A stretch of DNA of 64,000 nucleotides from Candidatus Woesearchaeota archaeon (GCA_964576755.1 CAZNUV010000001.1:40883-104882); one strand, 5' to 3'. Shown: positions 26,347-36,565, counted from the stretch's first letter. Program-made: numbers and translations. The notes: a model not told the origin generated them from the letters alone.

Positions 26347-26868
26347 ATGGTAAAACAAAAATTTTCAAAAAAATGGAAGGCAAGTAAACAGCCACGTAAA
26401 CAGAGAAAGTACATTTACAATGCCCCATTACACATAAGAAGAAACTTCTTAGCCTCAACACTATCTAAAGAACTTAGGGGAAAATATGGTATGAGGAATA
26501 TTGAAATAAGAAAAAATGATGAAGTAAAAATCATGCGAGGAAAATATAAGAAAAAACAGGGAAAAGTAAATAATGTTAATGCAAAAAATTTAAAAGTTGC
26601 TATTGAAGGGATACAAAGAACTAAAAAAGATGGAACAAAAATAAACGTTTGGTTTAATCCTTCAAATTTAAGGATTATTGTATTAAACACTGATGATAAG
26701 AAAAGATTCAAAAGAGTCAATAAAGAAACTAAACCCACTGTTCCTTCAAGTATAACTAAGATAGCAGATACAAAAATGAATAAAAAAGAAGAAATAAAAA
26801 ATACTAATAAAAAACCTATGAAAAAATCTGGAAATAAAAAAGGAGAAAAGAAAGATGTACAGAAATAG
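26347..26868 (+). CDS. rpl24: 50S ribosomal protein L24
   Basis: SKQPRKQRK, NAPLH, DEVKIMRG; Lys-rich C-terminal tail. Confidence 0.95.
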   Translation: MVKQKFSKKWKASKQPRKQRKYIYNAPLHIRRNFLASTLSKELRGKYGMRNIEIRKNDEVKIMRGKYKKKQGKVNNVNAKNLKVAIEGIQRTKKDGTKINVWFNPSNLRIIVLNTDDKKRFKRVNKETKPTVPSSITKIADTKMNKKEEIKNTNKKPMKKSGNKKGEKKDVQK

Positions 26869-27505
26869 AAGTAAAATGTCTAAAAACTGGCCAATCCCTA
26901 GAAAAGGGACTAAGTACCTTGTATGTGCTAGCCATGCAGATTCGAAAGGAATTCCATTATTATTTGTTCTTAGAGAAATATTAAAGATAGCTAAAACAAG
27001 AAAAGAAGCAAATTATATGGTTAGAAATAAAGAGATAAAAATAAATAATAAAGCTAGAACCACAGAAACATTTCCAATACAATTATTTGATGTTATTCAA
27101 ATAGAAAAGATGAAAAAGAATTTTAGACTAGAAATTTTAAATAAAAAATTTGTGTTGAAAGAAATATCAGAGAAAGAAACAGATACAAAAATTGTAAAAA
27201 TAATAGGTAAAAAAGTAATCTCAGCAACTAAAATCCAGATGAATCTAGAAGATGGTCAAAATTTTATAACTAAAGAAAAGTTCTCTTTGAAAGATTCTGC
27301 ATTAATAAATACAAAAGAAAACAAAATAGAAAAAATTCTCGAATTAAAACCTGGTGCAAAAGTAGAAATTGTCGCAGGAAAGCATGCTGGAGAAACAGGA
27401 AAAATAACCCAAATAAAAGAATTAGCAAGAGAAAAGGTATATCATGTTCAACTAAAAGAAAAGGAGGTTGGTCTTCCAATTAAAACCTTAGTAGTAATAG
27501 AATAA
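26855..27505 (+). CDS. rps4e: 30S ribosomal protein S4e
   Basis: WPIPRK, S4 domain, GKHAGETGKI KOW motif. Confidence 0.93.
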   Translation: MYRNRSKMSKNWPIPRKGTKYLVCASHADSKGIPLLFVLREILKIAKTRKEANYMVRNKEIKINNKARTTETFPIQLFDVIQIEKMKKNFRLEILNKKFVLKEISEKETDTKIVKIIGKKVISATKIQMNLEDGQNFITKEKFSLKDSALINTKENKIEKILELKPGAKVEIVAGKHAGETGKITQIKELAREKVYHVQLKEKEVGLPIKTLVVIE

Positions 27506-27506
27506 A

Positions 27507-28061
27507 ATGAAATCAGTCTCTGAAAAACCAAAAAAAATGAAGAATGCCCAAGAAGAAAATAAGATGAGAACAGTGAAAATAGAAAAAATAATCTTAAATA
27601 TAGGGGGAACTGGTGAAAAACTGGAAAAGGGGTTTATACTTTTAAAGAGTCTCTCTGGAAAACAGCCTGTAAAGGTTAAAGCAACAAAAAGAATTCCTAC
27701 ATGGCAAGTCCGTCCTGGTCTTGAAGTCGGAACTAAAGTTACATTAAGAGGAGATATCGCTGAAAGATTATTAGAAAAACTTCTTGGAGGGATAAAAAAT
27801 ACAATTAAAGAAAAGCAGATACAAAATAATTTTTTATCATTTGGAATTCCAGAGTATATTGATATTCCGGGAACAGAATATCTAAGAGATGTAGGAATCA
27901 TGGGTTTAGAAGTTACTGTAGTTTTTTCAAGGGCTGGGAAAAAGGTAGAAAAGAAAAAAATTAAGAGAGGTAAAACTCGAAGACAAACAGTTAGTATCCA
28001 AGAAATAGAAGATTTTATGACAAATAAATTTAAAACAAATATCCTACGGAGGAAAAAATGA
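27507..28061 (+). CDS. rpl5: 50S ribosomal protein L5
   Basis: [27 protein letters not shown]. Confidence 0.96.
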   Translation: MKSVSEKPKKMKNAQEENKMRTVKIEKIILNIGGTGEKLEKGFILLKSLSGKQPVKVKATKRIPTWQVRPGLEVGTKVTLRGDIAERLLEKLLGGIKNTIKEKQIQNNFLSFGIPEYIDIPGTEYLRDVGIMGLEVTVVFSRAGKKVEKKKIKRGKTRRQTVSIQEIEDFMTNKFKTNILRRKK

Positions 28062-28288
28062 CTGCAAGTGATTGGCACAAAATTTTAAAACAATTTAAGA
28101 AAAAACCTGCAATAAAGAAAAAGTTTTTAAAGCATAATCAACCAAAAGAAAGGAAGTTCGGAATCGCTGCAAAAAAATGTGAGAGGTGTGGAAGATTTGG
28201 GGCACATATTAGTTCCTATGGATTAAATTTATGTAGGCATTGTTTTAGAGAACTTGCTACACAGTTAGGATTTAAAAAATATAGTTAA
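28058..28288 (+). CDS. rps14: 30S ribosomal protein S14
   Basis: CERCG...[18 protein letters not shown]. Confidence 0.96.
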   Translation: MTASDWHKILKQFKKKPAIKKKFLKHNQPKERKFGIAAKKCERCGRFGAHISSYGLNLCRHCFRELATQLGFKKYS

Positions 28289-28289
28289 A

Positions 28290-28661
28290 ATGAGTCAAGA
28301 TATAATTTCAGATGCACTGAACCAAATAATGAATGCTAAAAGAGTAGAAAAAACAGAAGTTGAAATAAACAGAATTTCAAAAGTACTTATAAATTTATTT
28401 AATATGATGAAACAAGGTAAACACATTGATTTTAAAATAACTGGGACTAAAGCAATTGTAACAATCTTAAACTTAAATGAATGTAAGGCAATAAAACCAA
28501 GATTTTATGTTCAAGTAAAAGATATTGATAAATATCTAAGAAGATTTTTGCCTTCTAGAAATTTTGGAGTGTTAGTAATCTCTACAAATAAGGGTTTAAT
28601 GACTCAAGAAACAGCTTATGAAACTAATAAGGGGGGTAGTTTAATTGCTTATTTTTATTAA
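28290..28661 (+). CDS. rps8: 30S ribosomal protein S8
   Basis: DIISDALNQIMNA, ISTNKGLMT, GGSLIAY. Confidence 0.95.
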   Translation: MSQDIISDALNQIMNAKRVEKTEVEINRISKVLINLFNMMKQGKHIDFKITGTKAIVTILNLNECKAIKPRFYVQVKDIDKYLRRFLPSRNFGVLVISTNKGLMTQETAYETNKGGSLIAYFY

Positions 28662-28694
28662 ATACTTTAAAAATAAAAATTAAAACATATCATC

Positions 28695-29243
28695 ATGAAA
28701 CAATATTTAGAAAAAAAAATAAAGATTCCAGAAGGAGTTGAAATTCAAATAGATAGCTCAACAAATACGGTATCAGTACGTTCTGAAGGGAAGGAATTAA
28801 AAAGAGAATTTAATACTCCAAATATTAAAATTTTGAATGAAGGGAAGGAATTAAAAATATTTTCTGAAAATGCTACAAGAAGAGAAGGAAAAATTATTGG
28901 TACAACAGTAGCACATATTAATAATCTTATTCGGGGAATTAAAGAAGAATTTGAATACCATCTAGAGATATGTAGTGTTCATTTTCCCATGACTGTAAGG
29001 GTAGATAAGGATAAAATTACAATTAAAAACTTTCTAGGGGAAAAAGTTGATAGAACTTGTAAGGTTTTACCAAATGTTAAAGTGGATATCAAGGGGAATC
29101 AAATAACAGTAACTTCCTCAAATAGAGAAGCTGCAGGACAAACTTCTGCAAATATTGAAAAATGCGCAAAAGTTAGAGGAAGAGATAGAAGAGTTTTCCA
29201 AGATGGAATATTTATTACAAAAAAACCAGGGAGAAACTTATAA
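28695..29243 (+). CDS. rpl6: 50S ribosomal protein L6
   Basis: HFPM, NFLGEK, DRRVFQDGIFI. Confidence 0.96.
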   Translation: MKQYLEKKIKIPEGVEIQIDSSTNTVSVRSEGKELKREFNTPNIKILNEGKELKIFSENATRREGKIIGTTVAHINNLIRGIKEEFEYHLEICSVHFPMTVRVDKDKITIKNFLGEKVDRTCKVLPNVKVDIKGNQITVTSSNREAAGQTSANIEKCAKVRGRDRRVFQDGIFITKKPGRNL

Positions 29244-29620
29244 TGGAAAAATCAAAAAGAAAAAAACCTAATTTTAAAAGACAGGATTGGAATAAAAAAG
29301 TAAAATTAGGAAAATCTCAAAAAAAGAAAAGAATATGGAGAACCCCAGTAGGAATACACAGTCAAATAAGACTTGGAAAAAAAGGTTATTCTAAAAAACC
29401 CGCTATTGGATGGGGAACAGATAACACATTAAAGGGCAAAATTAACAACCTTGAACCAGTTAGGGTTGACAATATAAAACAATTAGAAAACATCAAAAAG
29501 ACTCAGGGGATAATCATTAAAAATATAGGAAAAAGAAAAAAACAGGAAATTATAGAATCTGCTAATAAGATGAAAATAACAATCTTAAATAAATATAAAA
29601 GAAAAAAACAGGATAATTAA
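29243..29620 (+). CDS. rpl32e: 50S ribosomal protein L32e
   Basis: KPNFKRQDW, WRTPVGIHSQIR, P.IGWG. Confidence 0.93.
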   Translation: MEKSKRKKPNFKRQDWNKKVKLGKSQKKKRIWRTPVGIHSQIRLGKKGYSKKPAIGWGTDNTLKGKINNLEPVRVDNIKQLENIKKTQGIIIKNIGKRKKQEIIESANKMKITILNKYKRKKQDN

Positions 29621-29621
29621 A

Positions 29622-30026
29622 ATGCAATTAGCTAAGAAAAAAGAACTCGCTGCAAAAGTATTGAAAGTTGGGAAAAAAAGAATTCTATTTACAGAAGAAA
29701 ATCTAACTGAAATTAAAGAAGCCATATCTCGACAAGACATTGTAGATTTACATAAGGCTGGAGCAATAAAAATAAGAGAAATTAAAGGAAGGAAAAAAAT
29801 TGTAAAAAGAAAGCATAAAAGAGGTAAGGGGAAAGTAAAAAAGAAAGTAAGGGAAAAGAAAAGAGAGTATGTTCTATTAACTAGAAAATTAAGGGGTGTT
29901 GTAAAAAACATGTTAAGAATCGGGCAAGTAGAAAAAACAAAATATCTCCAAGTAAGAAAAATGATTAAAGCAAAAAAATTCAAAAGTAAAAGACACCTCG
30001 GAGAAAGTGTAGGAGAATTAGAATGA
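29622..30026 (+). CDS. rpl19e: 50S ribosomal protein L19e
   Basis: LAAKVLKVGKKRI, AISRQDI; operon order. Confidence 0.92.
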   Translation: MQLAKKKELAAKVLKVGKKRILFTEENLTEIKEAISRQDIVDLHKAGAIKIREIKGRKKIVKRKHKRGKGKVKKKVREKKREYVLLTRKLRGVVKNMLRIGQVEKTKYLQVRKMIKAKKFKSKRHLGESVGELE

Positions 30027-30502
30027 GAACACAAAGGAAAAGAAGAAAAGAAAATAAAACAGACTATAAATTAAGATTAAGATTATTAAAATCCGGGATT
30101 CCAAGGATAGTCATAAGAAAGACAAATAATTATATAATTATTCAAACAGTTGAATCTATAGAAGCACAAGATAAAGCGAAATTTACTACAACATCTAAAG
30201 AATTACTAAACTATGGATGGGATAAAAAATATGTTGGATCTTTAAAATCTCTTCCAGCAGCATATTTAACAGGATTAGTAATGGCTAAAAAAATTGGTAA
30301 AGGTAAATTTATCCTTGATTTAGGAATGATAAAAAATATTCATGGTTCAAGGATTTATGCAACTGTAAAGGGTCTTGTTGATGGTGGTTTAAACATTCCA
30401 GTAAATGAATCCATTTATCCTTCAGAAGACAGATTAAATGGAGAACATCTAAAAGAAGAATTAAAAAAAGTAATAATTAAAGTTAAGGAAAAATTAAAAT
30501 AA
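30023..30502 (+). CDS. rpl18: 50S ribosomal protein L18
   Basis: KTDYKLRLRLLKS, PAAYLTG, KGLVDGGLNIP. Confidence 0.95.
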   Translation: MRTQRKRRKENKTDYKLRLRLLKSGIPRIVIRKTNNYIIIQTVESIEAQDKAKFTTTSKELLNYGWDKKYVGSLKSLPAAYLTGLVMAKKIGKGKFILDLGMIKNIHGSRIYATVKGLVDGGLNIPVNESIYPSEDRLNGEHLKEELKKVIIKVKEKLK

Positions 30503-30503
30503 A

Positions 30504-31310
30504 ATGGTAGAAGAAGCTCAAACACCTGAAATGCATCTAAAACAGTTAGAACAAATGACTCGAAAGTCTAAAAGAGAAGAAAAACCAACTGAACAAGTTG
30601 TAGAAACGGAAAAGAAGAGTTGGAAAGATGAATCAAGAGAAGAAAGACGAGAAAGGGAGGATAAGGAAAAATTAGAATCTTGGGTTCCTAAAACTGAATT
30701 AGGTAAACAAGTAAAATCAGGTAAAATAAAAAACATACAAGAAATATTTGATTCTGGAAGAAAAATATTAGAACCTGGAATTGTTGATACTCTTTTAAAT
30801 TTAAAAGTAGAACTATTAAACACTGGACAAGCAAAAGGTAAATTCGGTGGAGGAAAAAGAAGACCTTGGAAACAAACTCAAAAGAAAACTAAAGAAGGAA
30901 ATATAGCAACATTCTCTGTATTAGCTGTTGTTGGAGATGGAAACGGATATATTGGTATTGGTAGCGGGCGTGCTTCAGAAACTTTACCAGCAAAAGAGAA
31001 GGCAATTAGAAAAGCAAAATTAAATATAATAAAGATTAAACGGGGTTGTAGTAGTTTTGATTGTTCTTGTGATGAAATGCATAGTATTCCACTTAAAACA
31101 GAAGGAAAATGTTCTGGAGTTAAGGTTATTCTAATGCCTGCACCCCAGGGAAGTGGATTAGTTATTGGAGATGAAATGAAAAAGATTTTAAAATTAGCTG
31201 GAATAAAAGATATCTATAGTAAAACTTTTGGACCTACAAGAACTACAGTAAATACTGCAAAAGCTTGTATGGATGCTTTAACTAAATTAGAGAATTATAA
31301 ATTAGAATGA
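30504..31310 (+). CDS. rps5: 30S ribosomal protein S5
   Basis: WVPKTELGK, VGDGNGYIGIG, PAPQGSGLV, AGIKDI. Confidence 0.96.
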   Translation: MVEEAQTPEMHLKQLEQMTRKSKREEKPTEQVVETEKKSWKDESREERREREDKEKLESWVPKTELGKQVKSGKIKNIQEIFDSGRKILEPGIVDTLLNLKVELLNTGQAKGKFGGGKRRPWKQTQKKTKEGNIATFSVLAVVGDGNGYIGIGSGRASETLPAKEKAIRKAKLNIIKIKRGCSSFDCSCDEMHSIPLKTEGKCSGVKVILMPAPQGSGLVIGDEMKKILKLAGIKDIYSKTFGPTRTTVNTAKACMDALTKLENYKLE

Positions 31311-31672
31311 ACATGATAGCTGTATTAAGAATTCACGGGCAAGTGAAAATAAAAAAAGAAATTAAAGAAACTCTTGATAGATTGAGACTTAGAAGAAAGT
31401 TTGCTTGTGTTTTAATTGACGAAAAAGATAATGTAAAAATGGGAATGGTTAAAAAAGTTACAGATTATGTTGTTTATGGTCCAATTGATGATAAACTTAT
31501 AAAAGATATTGAAACAAAGCGTGGTAAAAAAGACAAAGATGGAAAATTAAAACCATTTTTCAGATTACATCCGCCTATTGGAGGATTTAAAAAATCTACC
31601 AGAATATCTTATCCAAAAGGTATACTTGGCAAAAATAAAGAAATAACTAAATTAATTGAAAAAATGTTATAA
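31307..31672 (+). CDS. rpl30: 50S ribosomal protein L30
   Basis: IAVLRIHG, TLDRLRL, FFRLHPPIGGF. Confidence 0.94.
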   Translation: MNMIAVLRIHGQVKIKKEIKETLDRLRLRRKFACVLIDEKDNVKMGMVKKVTDYVVYGPIDDKLIKDIETKRGKKDKDGKLKPFFRLHPPIGGFKKSTRISYPKGILGKNKEITKLIEKML

Positions 31673-31698
31673 GATTCTATAAACAAGGAATAAATACA

Positions 31699-32223
31699 AT
31701 GAAAGTGAAAAAAAGGAAAAAAACAACACGACAAAGAGGATGTACAACTCACGGATGGGGTGCAAGACAAAGACATAAAGGCCACGGATGTAGTGGTGGA
31801 TACGGAATGGCTGGAACTGGTAAACGTGGAGACCAAAAAAAACAAAAGGCTCTAATGATGGCAAACAAAGCTGGAGCTAAAACATATTTTGGAAAACAAG
31901 GATTTACTTCAAGAAGCACTCAAAAAAAGATAAATAATGTTATAAATCTGCAAGAAATACAAAATAATTTTGATTTTAAAACAGGGAAAATAGATTTAAG
32001 AAAATATAAAATCCTTGCAAAGGGGAATGGTTTTAAAGCAGAAATATCTGCAAAATCAGCTTCAAAATTAGCAATAGAAAAAATGCAAAAAGCAGGCGGA
32101 AAGATAATTTTACCCATGGTTAAAGAAAAAAAATCACAATCAGTTGAAAAAAATGCAAAAGAGAGTGGTAAAAAATCAGTAGGACAAGAAACAGCTGAAA
32201 AAGAAAATGCCAATAAACATTAA
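31699..32223 (+). CDS. rpl15: 50S ribosomal protein L15
   Basis: RGCTTHGWG, GGYGMAG, YFGKQGF, AIEKMQKAGG. Confidence 0.95.
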   Translation: MKVKKRKKTTRQRGCTTHGWGARQRHKGHGCSGGYGMAGTGKRGDQKKQKALMMANKAGAKTYFGKQGFTSRSTQKKINNVINLQEIQNNFDFKTGKIDLRKYKILAKGNGFKAEISAKSASKLAIEKMQKAGGKIILPMVKEKKSQSVEKNAKESGKKSVGQETAEKENANKH

Positions 32224-32419
32224 ACCTCCATTAGATAGACCAAAACATGAAGATTTCTGCAATGAGGTTAGGGGCCTCAATAGTTATTGTGAAAAGTTTG
32301 ATACTAATGAATGTCTCCAAATATGCTCTTTTTACAAAATGAAAGTCAAAAGGCCAGAAATCTCAAAAATATGTTATATATTAAAGAAAAGGATTTCTGA
32401 TTTAAACAAACCTTTATAA
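32207..32419 (+). CDS. Small Cys-containing hypothetical protein between rpl15 and secY
   Basis: 70 aa with 5 Cys; overlaps the rpl15 stop and the secY TATA box. Confidence 0.4.
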   Translation: MPINIKPPLDRPKHEDFCNEVRGLNSYCEKFDTNECLQICSFYKMKVKRPEISKICYILKKRISDLNKPL

Positions 32420-32441
32420 ATAAAATTTATCAACTATAAAT

Positions 32442-33812
32442 ATGAGTTTAAAAAATATATTCTATTTTTTACCAGAAGTAACACCTCCTACAGAAAAAAA
32501 GGTTAGTTTTAATGTTAAGCTTAAATGGACCCTTATTATAATTGTTGCATTTTTTGTTCTAGCAAATATTCCTTTATTTGGACTAAGCTCAAATGCCTTA
32601 GCAAGATTTGAATATCTTGCAATTATTCTTGGAACAGACTTTGGTTCTATTATTTCTTTAGGTATTGGCCCAATTGTAATGGCTTCTATTATCTTACAAT
32701 TATTAAACGGGTCGGGAATATTAAATATGGATACTTCAACTGCCGAAGGGAAAAAATTCTTTCAAGGAGTACAAAAATTACTTGCATTTGCTTTTGTAAT
32801 ATTTGAGGCAATGGTTTATGTTTTAATGAAAGGATTAGAAGCATTACCCGGAATGACCTTCTTAGTTATATTACAATTATGTATTGGAGGATTTTTAATT
32901 ATCTTTATGGATGAAGTTGTTCAAAAATGGGGATTTGGATCTGGTGTTTCATTATTTATAGCTGCAGGTGTTGGATGGAGGCTTTTTGCAGCCTTATTTC
33001 AGTTTATAGGACCAGAAGGAGGATTTTCGCCAATTGGGAGAGTATTAGTGTTAGTTTCTTCACTTATAGAAGGAAACTCAACAGGAGCAGCCCTAGCCTT
33101 ATTTGCAATAGCTGTAACTGTTGTATTGTTTTTAATAGTAGTCTGGGCTCAATCTCTAAAAGTTGAAATTCCACTTTCGTATGATAGGATTAGGGGTTAT
33201 GGTGTAAAATGGCCATTGCAATTTTTTTATGCTAGTGTTTTACCAGTTATTTTAGTCTCTGCTCTTGCAGCAAATCTCCAATTATTTGCGAGTTTATTAG
33301 AAAATTGGTTAGGTCATGCAACTGTCTTAGGAGCTTTTCAACAAGGCCAACCGATTTCAGGACTTGCCTTTTGGATTCATTCTCCAAGTCCAAGTTTATT
33401 AGAAAGAATTATTACCTCTAGTTTTAAACCAGTTCTTGCATTACAGGCTCTTGGACATGTATTATTTTATGTAATCTTTTCAGTTATCTTCTCTATGTTT
33501 TGGGTAAATACATCTAGAATGGATGCATCAAGTCAAGCAGAAAACATAATGAATTCTGGTTTACAAATTCCAGGATTTAGACGTGATAAAAGAGTATTAG
33601 AATCAATATTAAAAAGATATGTAGGTCCCTTAACAATTATGGGTGGAGCAGCAATAGGCCTATTAGCAAGTGTTGCAAATTTATTAGGTGCATTAGTCGG
33701 AGGAACAGCAATATTACTTTCAATTATGATTATCTATCAACTTTATCAAAATATTGCACAACAGCATGCGCTAGACATACATCCTGCATTAAAAGGAATG
33801 TTTGGTGCCTAA
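32442..33812 (+). CDS. secY: Protein translocase subunit SecY
   Basis: LGIGPIVMASIILQLL, DEVVQKWGFGSGVSLFI, IPGFRRD; 10 TM helices. Confidence 0.97.
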   Translation: MSLKNIFYFLPEVTPPTEKKVSFNVKLKWTLIIIVAFFVLANIPLFGLSSNALARFEYLAIILGTDFGSIISLGIGPIVMASIILQLLNGSGILNMDTSTAEGKKFFQGVQKLLAFAFVIFEAMVYVLMKGLEALPGMTFLVILQLCIGGFLIIFMDEVVQKWGFGSGVSLFIAAGVGWRLFAALFQFIGPEGGFSPIGRVLVLVSSLIEGNSTGAALALFAIAVTVVLFLIVVWAQSLKVEIPLSYDRIRGYGVKWPLQFFYASVLPVILVSALAANLQLFASLLENWLGHATVLGAFQQGQPISGLAFWIHSPSPSLLERIITSSFKPVLALQALGHVLFYVIFSVIFSMFWVNTSRMDASSQAENIMNSGLQIPGFRRDKRVLESILKRYVGPLTIMGGAAIGLLASVANLLGALVGGTAILLSIMIIYQLYQNIAQQHALDIHPALKGMFGA

Positions 33813-33888
33813 AATATTAGGATAATTTAAATAACTAAAGAGGTAGGTAATATTAGAAAGTTTAATAAAAAAGAGGAAAAATAAAAGA

Positions 33889-34287
33889 ATGATAACTGAC
33901 ATAATAACTTTATATCCAAAAACATCAATAATATTTCTCTCAATAATTGTTACACTAGTTTCCACTTTAGTTACAAAATGGCTTACTAATCAAGAACATT
34001 TAAGAGAACTAAAGAAAAGGCAAAAAGAAATCCAAAAAGAATTGAAAACTTGTAAACCTGGAGACTGTAAATATCAAGAATTGCAATCTGAGGTTTTACA
34101 GATTACTGGAACAATGATGAAATCATCATTTAAACCCCTATTTATTACAATGATTCCATTTTTAATTTTGTTTTACTGGATACGGAGTATTTATACCCCT
34201 TTAATGGGTTTCACATGGTTTTGGTATTATTTAGGGGCAAGTATTGTTGCAAGCACTATTTTTAGAAAGCTTTTTAAAATGGCTTAA
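33889..34287 (+). CDS. DUF106 / EMC3-TMCO1 (Oxa1 superfamily) membrane protein
   Basis: TM, coiled coil, SFKPLFITMIP and W.WYY pattern; usual position after secY. Confidence 0.85.
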   Translation: MITDIITLYPKTSIIFLSIIVTLVSTLVTKWLTNQEHLRELKKRQKEIQKELKTCKPGDCKYQELQSEVLQITGTMMKSSFKPLFITMIPFLILFYWIRSIYTPLMGFTWFWYYLGASIVASTIFRKLFKMA

Positions 34288-34307
34288 AATATTTCTAAGA
34301 TTAAGGG

Positions 34308-34733
34308 ATGAAGATGATTAAAAAAATAAAAAATTTGTTAAATAAACATATCTTTAAAGAAATGGGTAAAGATAGCCCTTACCATGAATGTGATTTATGT
34401 TGTAAGTATATTTGTATGGAAATTGACACACCAAAAACAAAAAAAGATTTTGATGAGATAAGATGGTTCTTACTTCATAATAATGTTTGGATTTATATTG
34501 ACCATGATTCTAGTTGGAATATCCAATTTAACACTAAATGTAAACAATTAAAAAATGGGTTATGTGGTATTTATAAAAAAAGACCACAAATCTGTAGAGA
34601 ACATTCTCATAAAGAATGTGAAAAGAATGGGGAAGGAGAACCTCATAAGACTTTATTTAAAGATTTAAAAGAATTTGAAATTTGGATGGAACAAAAAGGA
34701 AGGTTAGAGAATAATAGATTCTTATCTAACTAA
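34308..34733 (+). CDS. YkgJ-family cysteine-cluster protein (putative Fe-S/Zn)
   Basis: ECDLCC...C..L...LCGIY.KRPQICR. Confidence 0.85.
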   Translation: MKMIKKIKNLLNKHIFKEMGKDSPYHECDLCCKYICMEIDTPKTKKDFDEIRWFLLHNNVWIYIDHDSSWNIQFNTKCKQLKNGLCGIYKKRPQICREHSHKECEKNGEGEPHKTLFKDLKEFEIWMEQKGRLENNRFLSN

Positions 34734-35127
34734 TTTTTTTATGTTTATTTAATTCCTTATTCAAAACTTTATCTGCCTTCCAAATAAAAGGGTCTTGCCT
34801 AGGCGCATTTGAAAATTTAATAATTCTGCCACTAATTAATCCTATTACTTTCTGATATAAAAGCTGAAGTTGAGGTTTGTTAATCTTATATTTTCCTGTT
34901 ATTTGCCTGATTACTAACTCAGAATCTGAAATAATTTCAACTTCTCTGGATTTAATTGTTTCAAGGGCAAATATAATTGCACTATATTCGGCCTCATTAT
35001 TTGTAAGATTATCCCCTAAAAATCTTACAAATGCTTGTGTAATTTTTTCGTCTTCAACTACTAGGAATGCACAAGCTGCTTTTCCTGGATTTCCCCTACT
35101 TCCTCCATCTGTATAAATCTTTTTCAT
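34726..35127 (-). CDS. rnhA: Ribonuclease HI
   Basis: DGGSRGNPG, TNNEAEY, SDSELV, ADKVLN. Confidence 0.92.
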   Translation of the reverse strand: MKKIYTDGGSRGNPGKAACAFLVVEDEKITQAFVRFLGDNLTNNEAEYSAIIFALETIKSREVEIISDSELVIRQITGKYKINKPQLQLLYQKVIGLISGRIIKFSNAPRQDPFIWKADKVLNKELNKHKKIS

Positions 35128-35134
35128 TTTATTC

Positions 35135-36565
35135 CTAATTTTGGATAACCTTTAATTTTGACTTTTTAGAATTAATCAATTTTATTAAGTTGTTCATAAG
35201 AAAATTTACTTTTTCCCTAGTTAAATCTGTCTTAGAATAATGAAGCCTAATCATCTCATTACAAAAATCACTACATTTTTTTTGTTTTAATTTTTTGAAT
35301 TCTCTAAGAAGATAATCAAAATTATCATTTTCAGAAAATCCAAAAACCTCATTAAAAAACTGTTTAGAAATTTTATTTAGAATTAAAATCTTATCATCGA
35401 GAGATTTATGTGTATGTTTTTCTATTTCTAAATCTTCGATATATTTTATTTTTTTAACTGTTTGTGGTTTTTTTAGGATATCTTTTCTTGTTTCTTTTGT
35501 ATTTTTCCTAAGTATCTTTTCTTGTTTCTTTTTTGCAATTTCAATTTTCTTTTTTTCTTTAGATAATTGTTTTTCCTTTTTGATTTTTTCTTTTTTTATT
35601 TGTTTTAATCTTTTTTCTTCTAATCTCTTCTGTTTTAGTTTTTCCTTAATCTGTTTTAGCTCTTTTTGTTTTTCTTCTTTTTGTTTTTTTATTATTTCTT
35701 TTTGCTTTTGAATTCCTAATTTTTTATTAATCTTCATTACTTCTGAAGGACTTCCTAATAAGCGTTGAATTTTTTCCTGAGATTTTTCAAAAAATTGTGT
35801 ATAACTTAGAACCCCTATTTCAGAGATTACTCCAGATAAAAGGTCCTTCTTAGTTAAATCAAATGCAATGTTTTCAACTTCAATATTCTTTTCTCTTTCA
35901 TCCCAAACCTCTCGAGAATTCCTTTTTTCAATTTTAACTTGTTCAGTAAATTTTAAAGAAATTCCACAAGAATACCTAGGAATATTATGGTCTTTTGCAA
36001 TTTTACATAGTGTAGAAGTACCTATTTTATTTGCAACACCTTTTTTCAAAAATGCATCTGCACCAAATAGAAATAAATCGCATTTTTTTAACAATTGAGC
36101 TGCTGCAAGATCTGGCCCGATTATAACTTTAATCCCTGCTTTTGATAATTCTTTAGCAGTTTTTCTTCCTTGAAGAAGGGGCTCTACTTCAGTGGTGTAT
36201 ACTACAAACTTTTTCTTATTCTTTTTAGCTTGTTTTAAAATTTCTATAACACTAGAAGAATGACAATGGGAATAAATATTCATGTCATTTTTTATAAGTT
36301 TTGCGCCTTTTTTTGCAATTTTTTTCTTTGAATTTTTAATATAGGAGAATAATTTTTTAGAATCTTTTTTAGGGTTTTTTGAGTTTAATAAAAAGCCAAT
36401 AGAATTTTGCATTAATGGTTCAGTTGGCCTTGTTGATAAGATTTCTTTTGCAGATTTCTCGTCGGGCCTAATAAGAAATGCTTTAATTCCTGCTAAAGCA
36501 ACATTTGTTGCTCCTTGAATTTTTATACTTTTTATATCTTTTAGAATATTTTCAAATTTACTCAT
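35135..36565 (-). CDS. Ribose-1,5-bisphosphate isomerase (eIF2B-like family) with a long C-terminal extension
   Basis: IQGA, RPTEP, HCHSS (Cys), GAD (Asp), NKIGT, AFDLT; followed by about 200 aa of Lys-rich coiled coil and a helical segment. Confidence 0.82.
   Translation of the reverse strand: MSKFENILKDIKSIKIQGATNVALAGIKAFLIRPDEKSAKEILSTRPTEPLMQNSIGFLLNSKNPKKDSKKLFSYIKNSKKKIAKKGAKLIKNDMNIYSHCHSSSVIEILKQAKKNKKKFVVYTTEVEPLLQGRKTAKELSKAGIKVIIGPDLAAAQLLKKCDLFLFGADAFLKKGVANKIGTSTLCKIAKDHNIPRYSCGISLKFTEQVKIEKRNSREVWDEREKNIEVENIAFDLTKKDLLSGVISEIGVLSYTQFFEKSQEKIQRLLGSPSEVMKINKKLGIQKQKEIIKKQKEEKQKELKQIKEKLKQKRLEEKRLKQIKKEKIKKEKQLSKEKKKIEIAKKKQEKILRKNTKETRKDILKKPQTVKKIKYIEDLEIEKHTHKSLDDKILILNKISKQFFNEVFGFSENDNFDYLLREFKKLKQKKCSDFCNEMIRLHYSKTDLTREKVNFLMNNLIKLINSKKSKLKVIQN

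Noticed and set aside
35135..36565. Annotation as translation factor eIF2B subunit or methylthioribose-1-phosphate isomerase
   Set aside because: The HCHSS/GAD residues and the presence of AMP phosphorylase favour R15P isomerase; MtnA typically has HCNxG.
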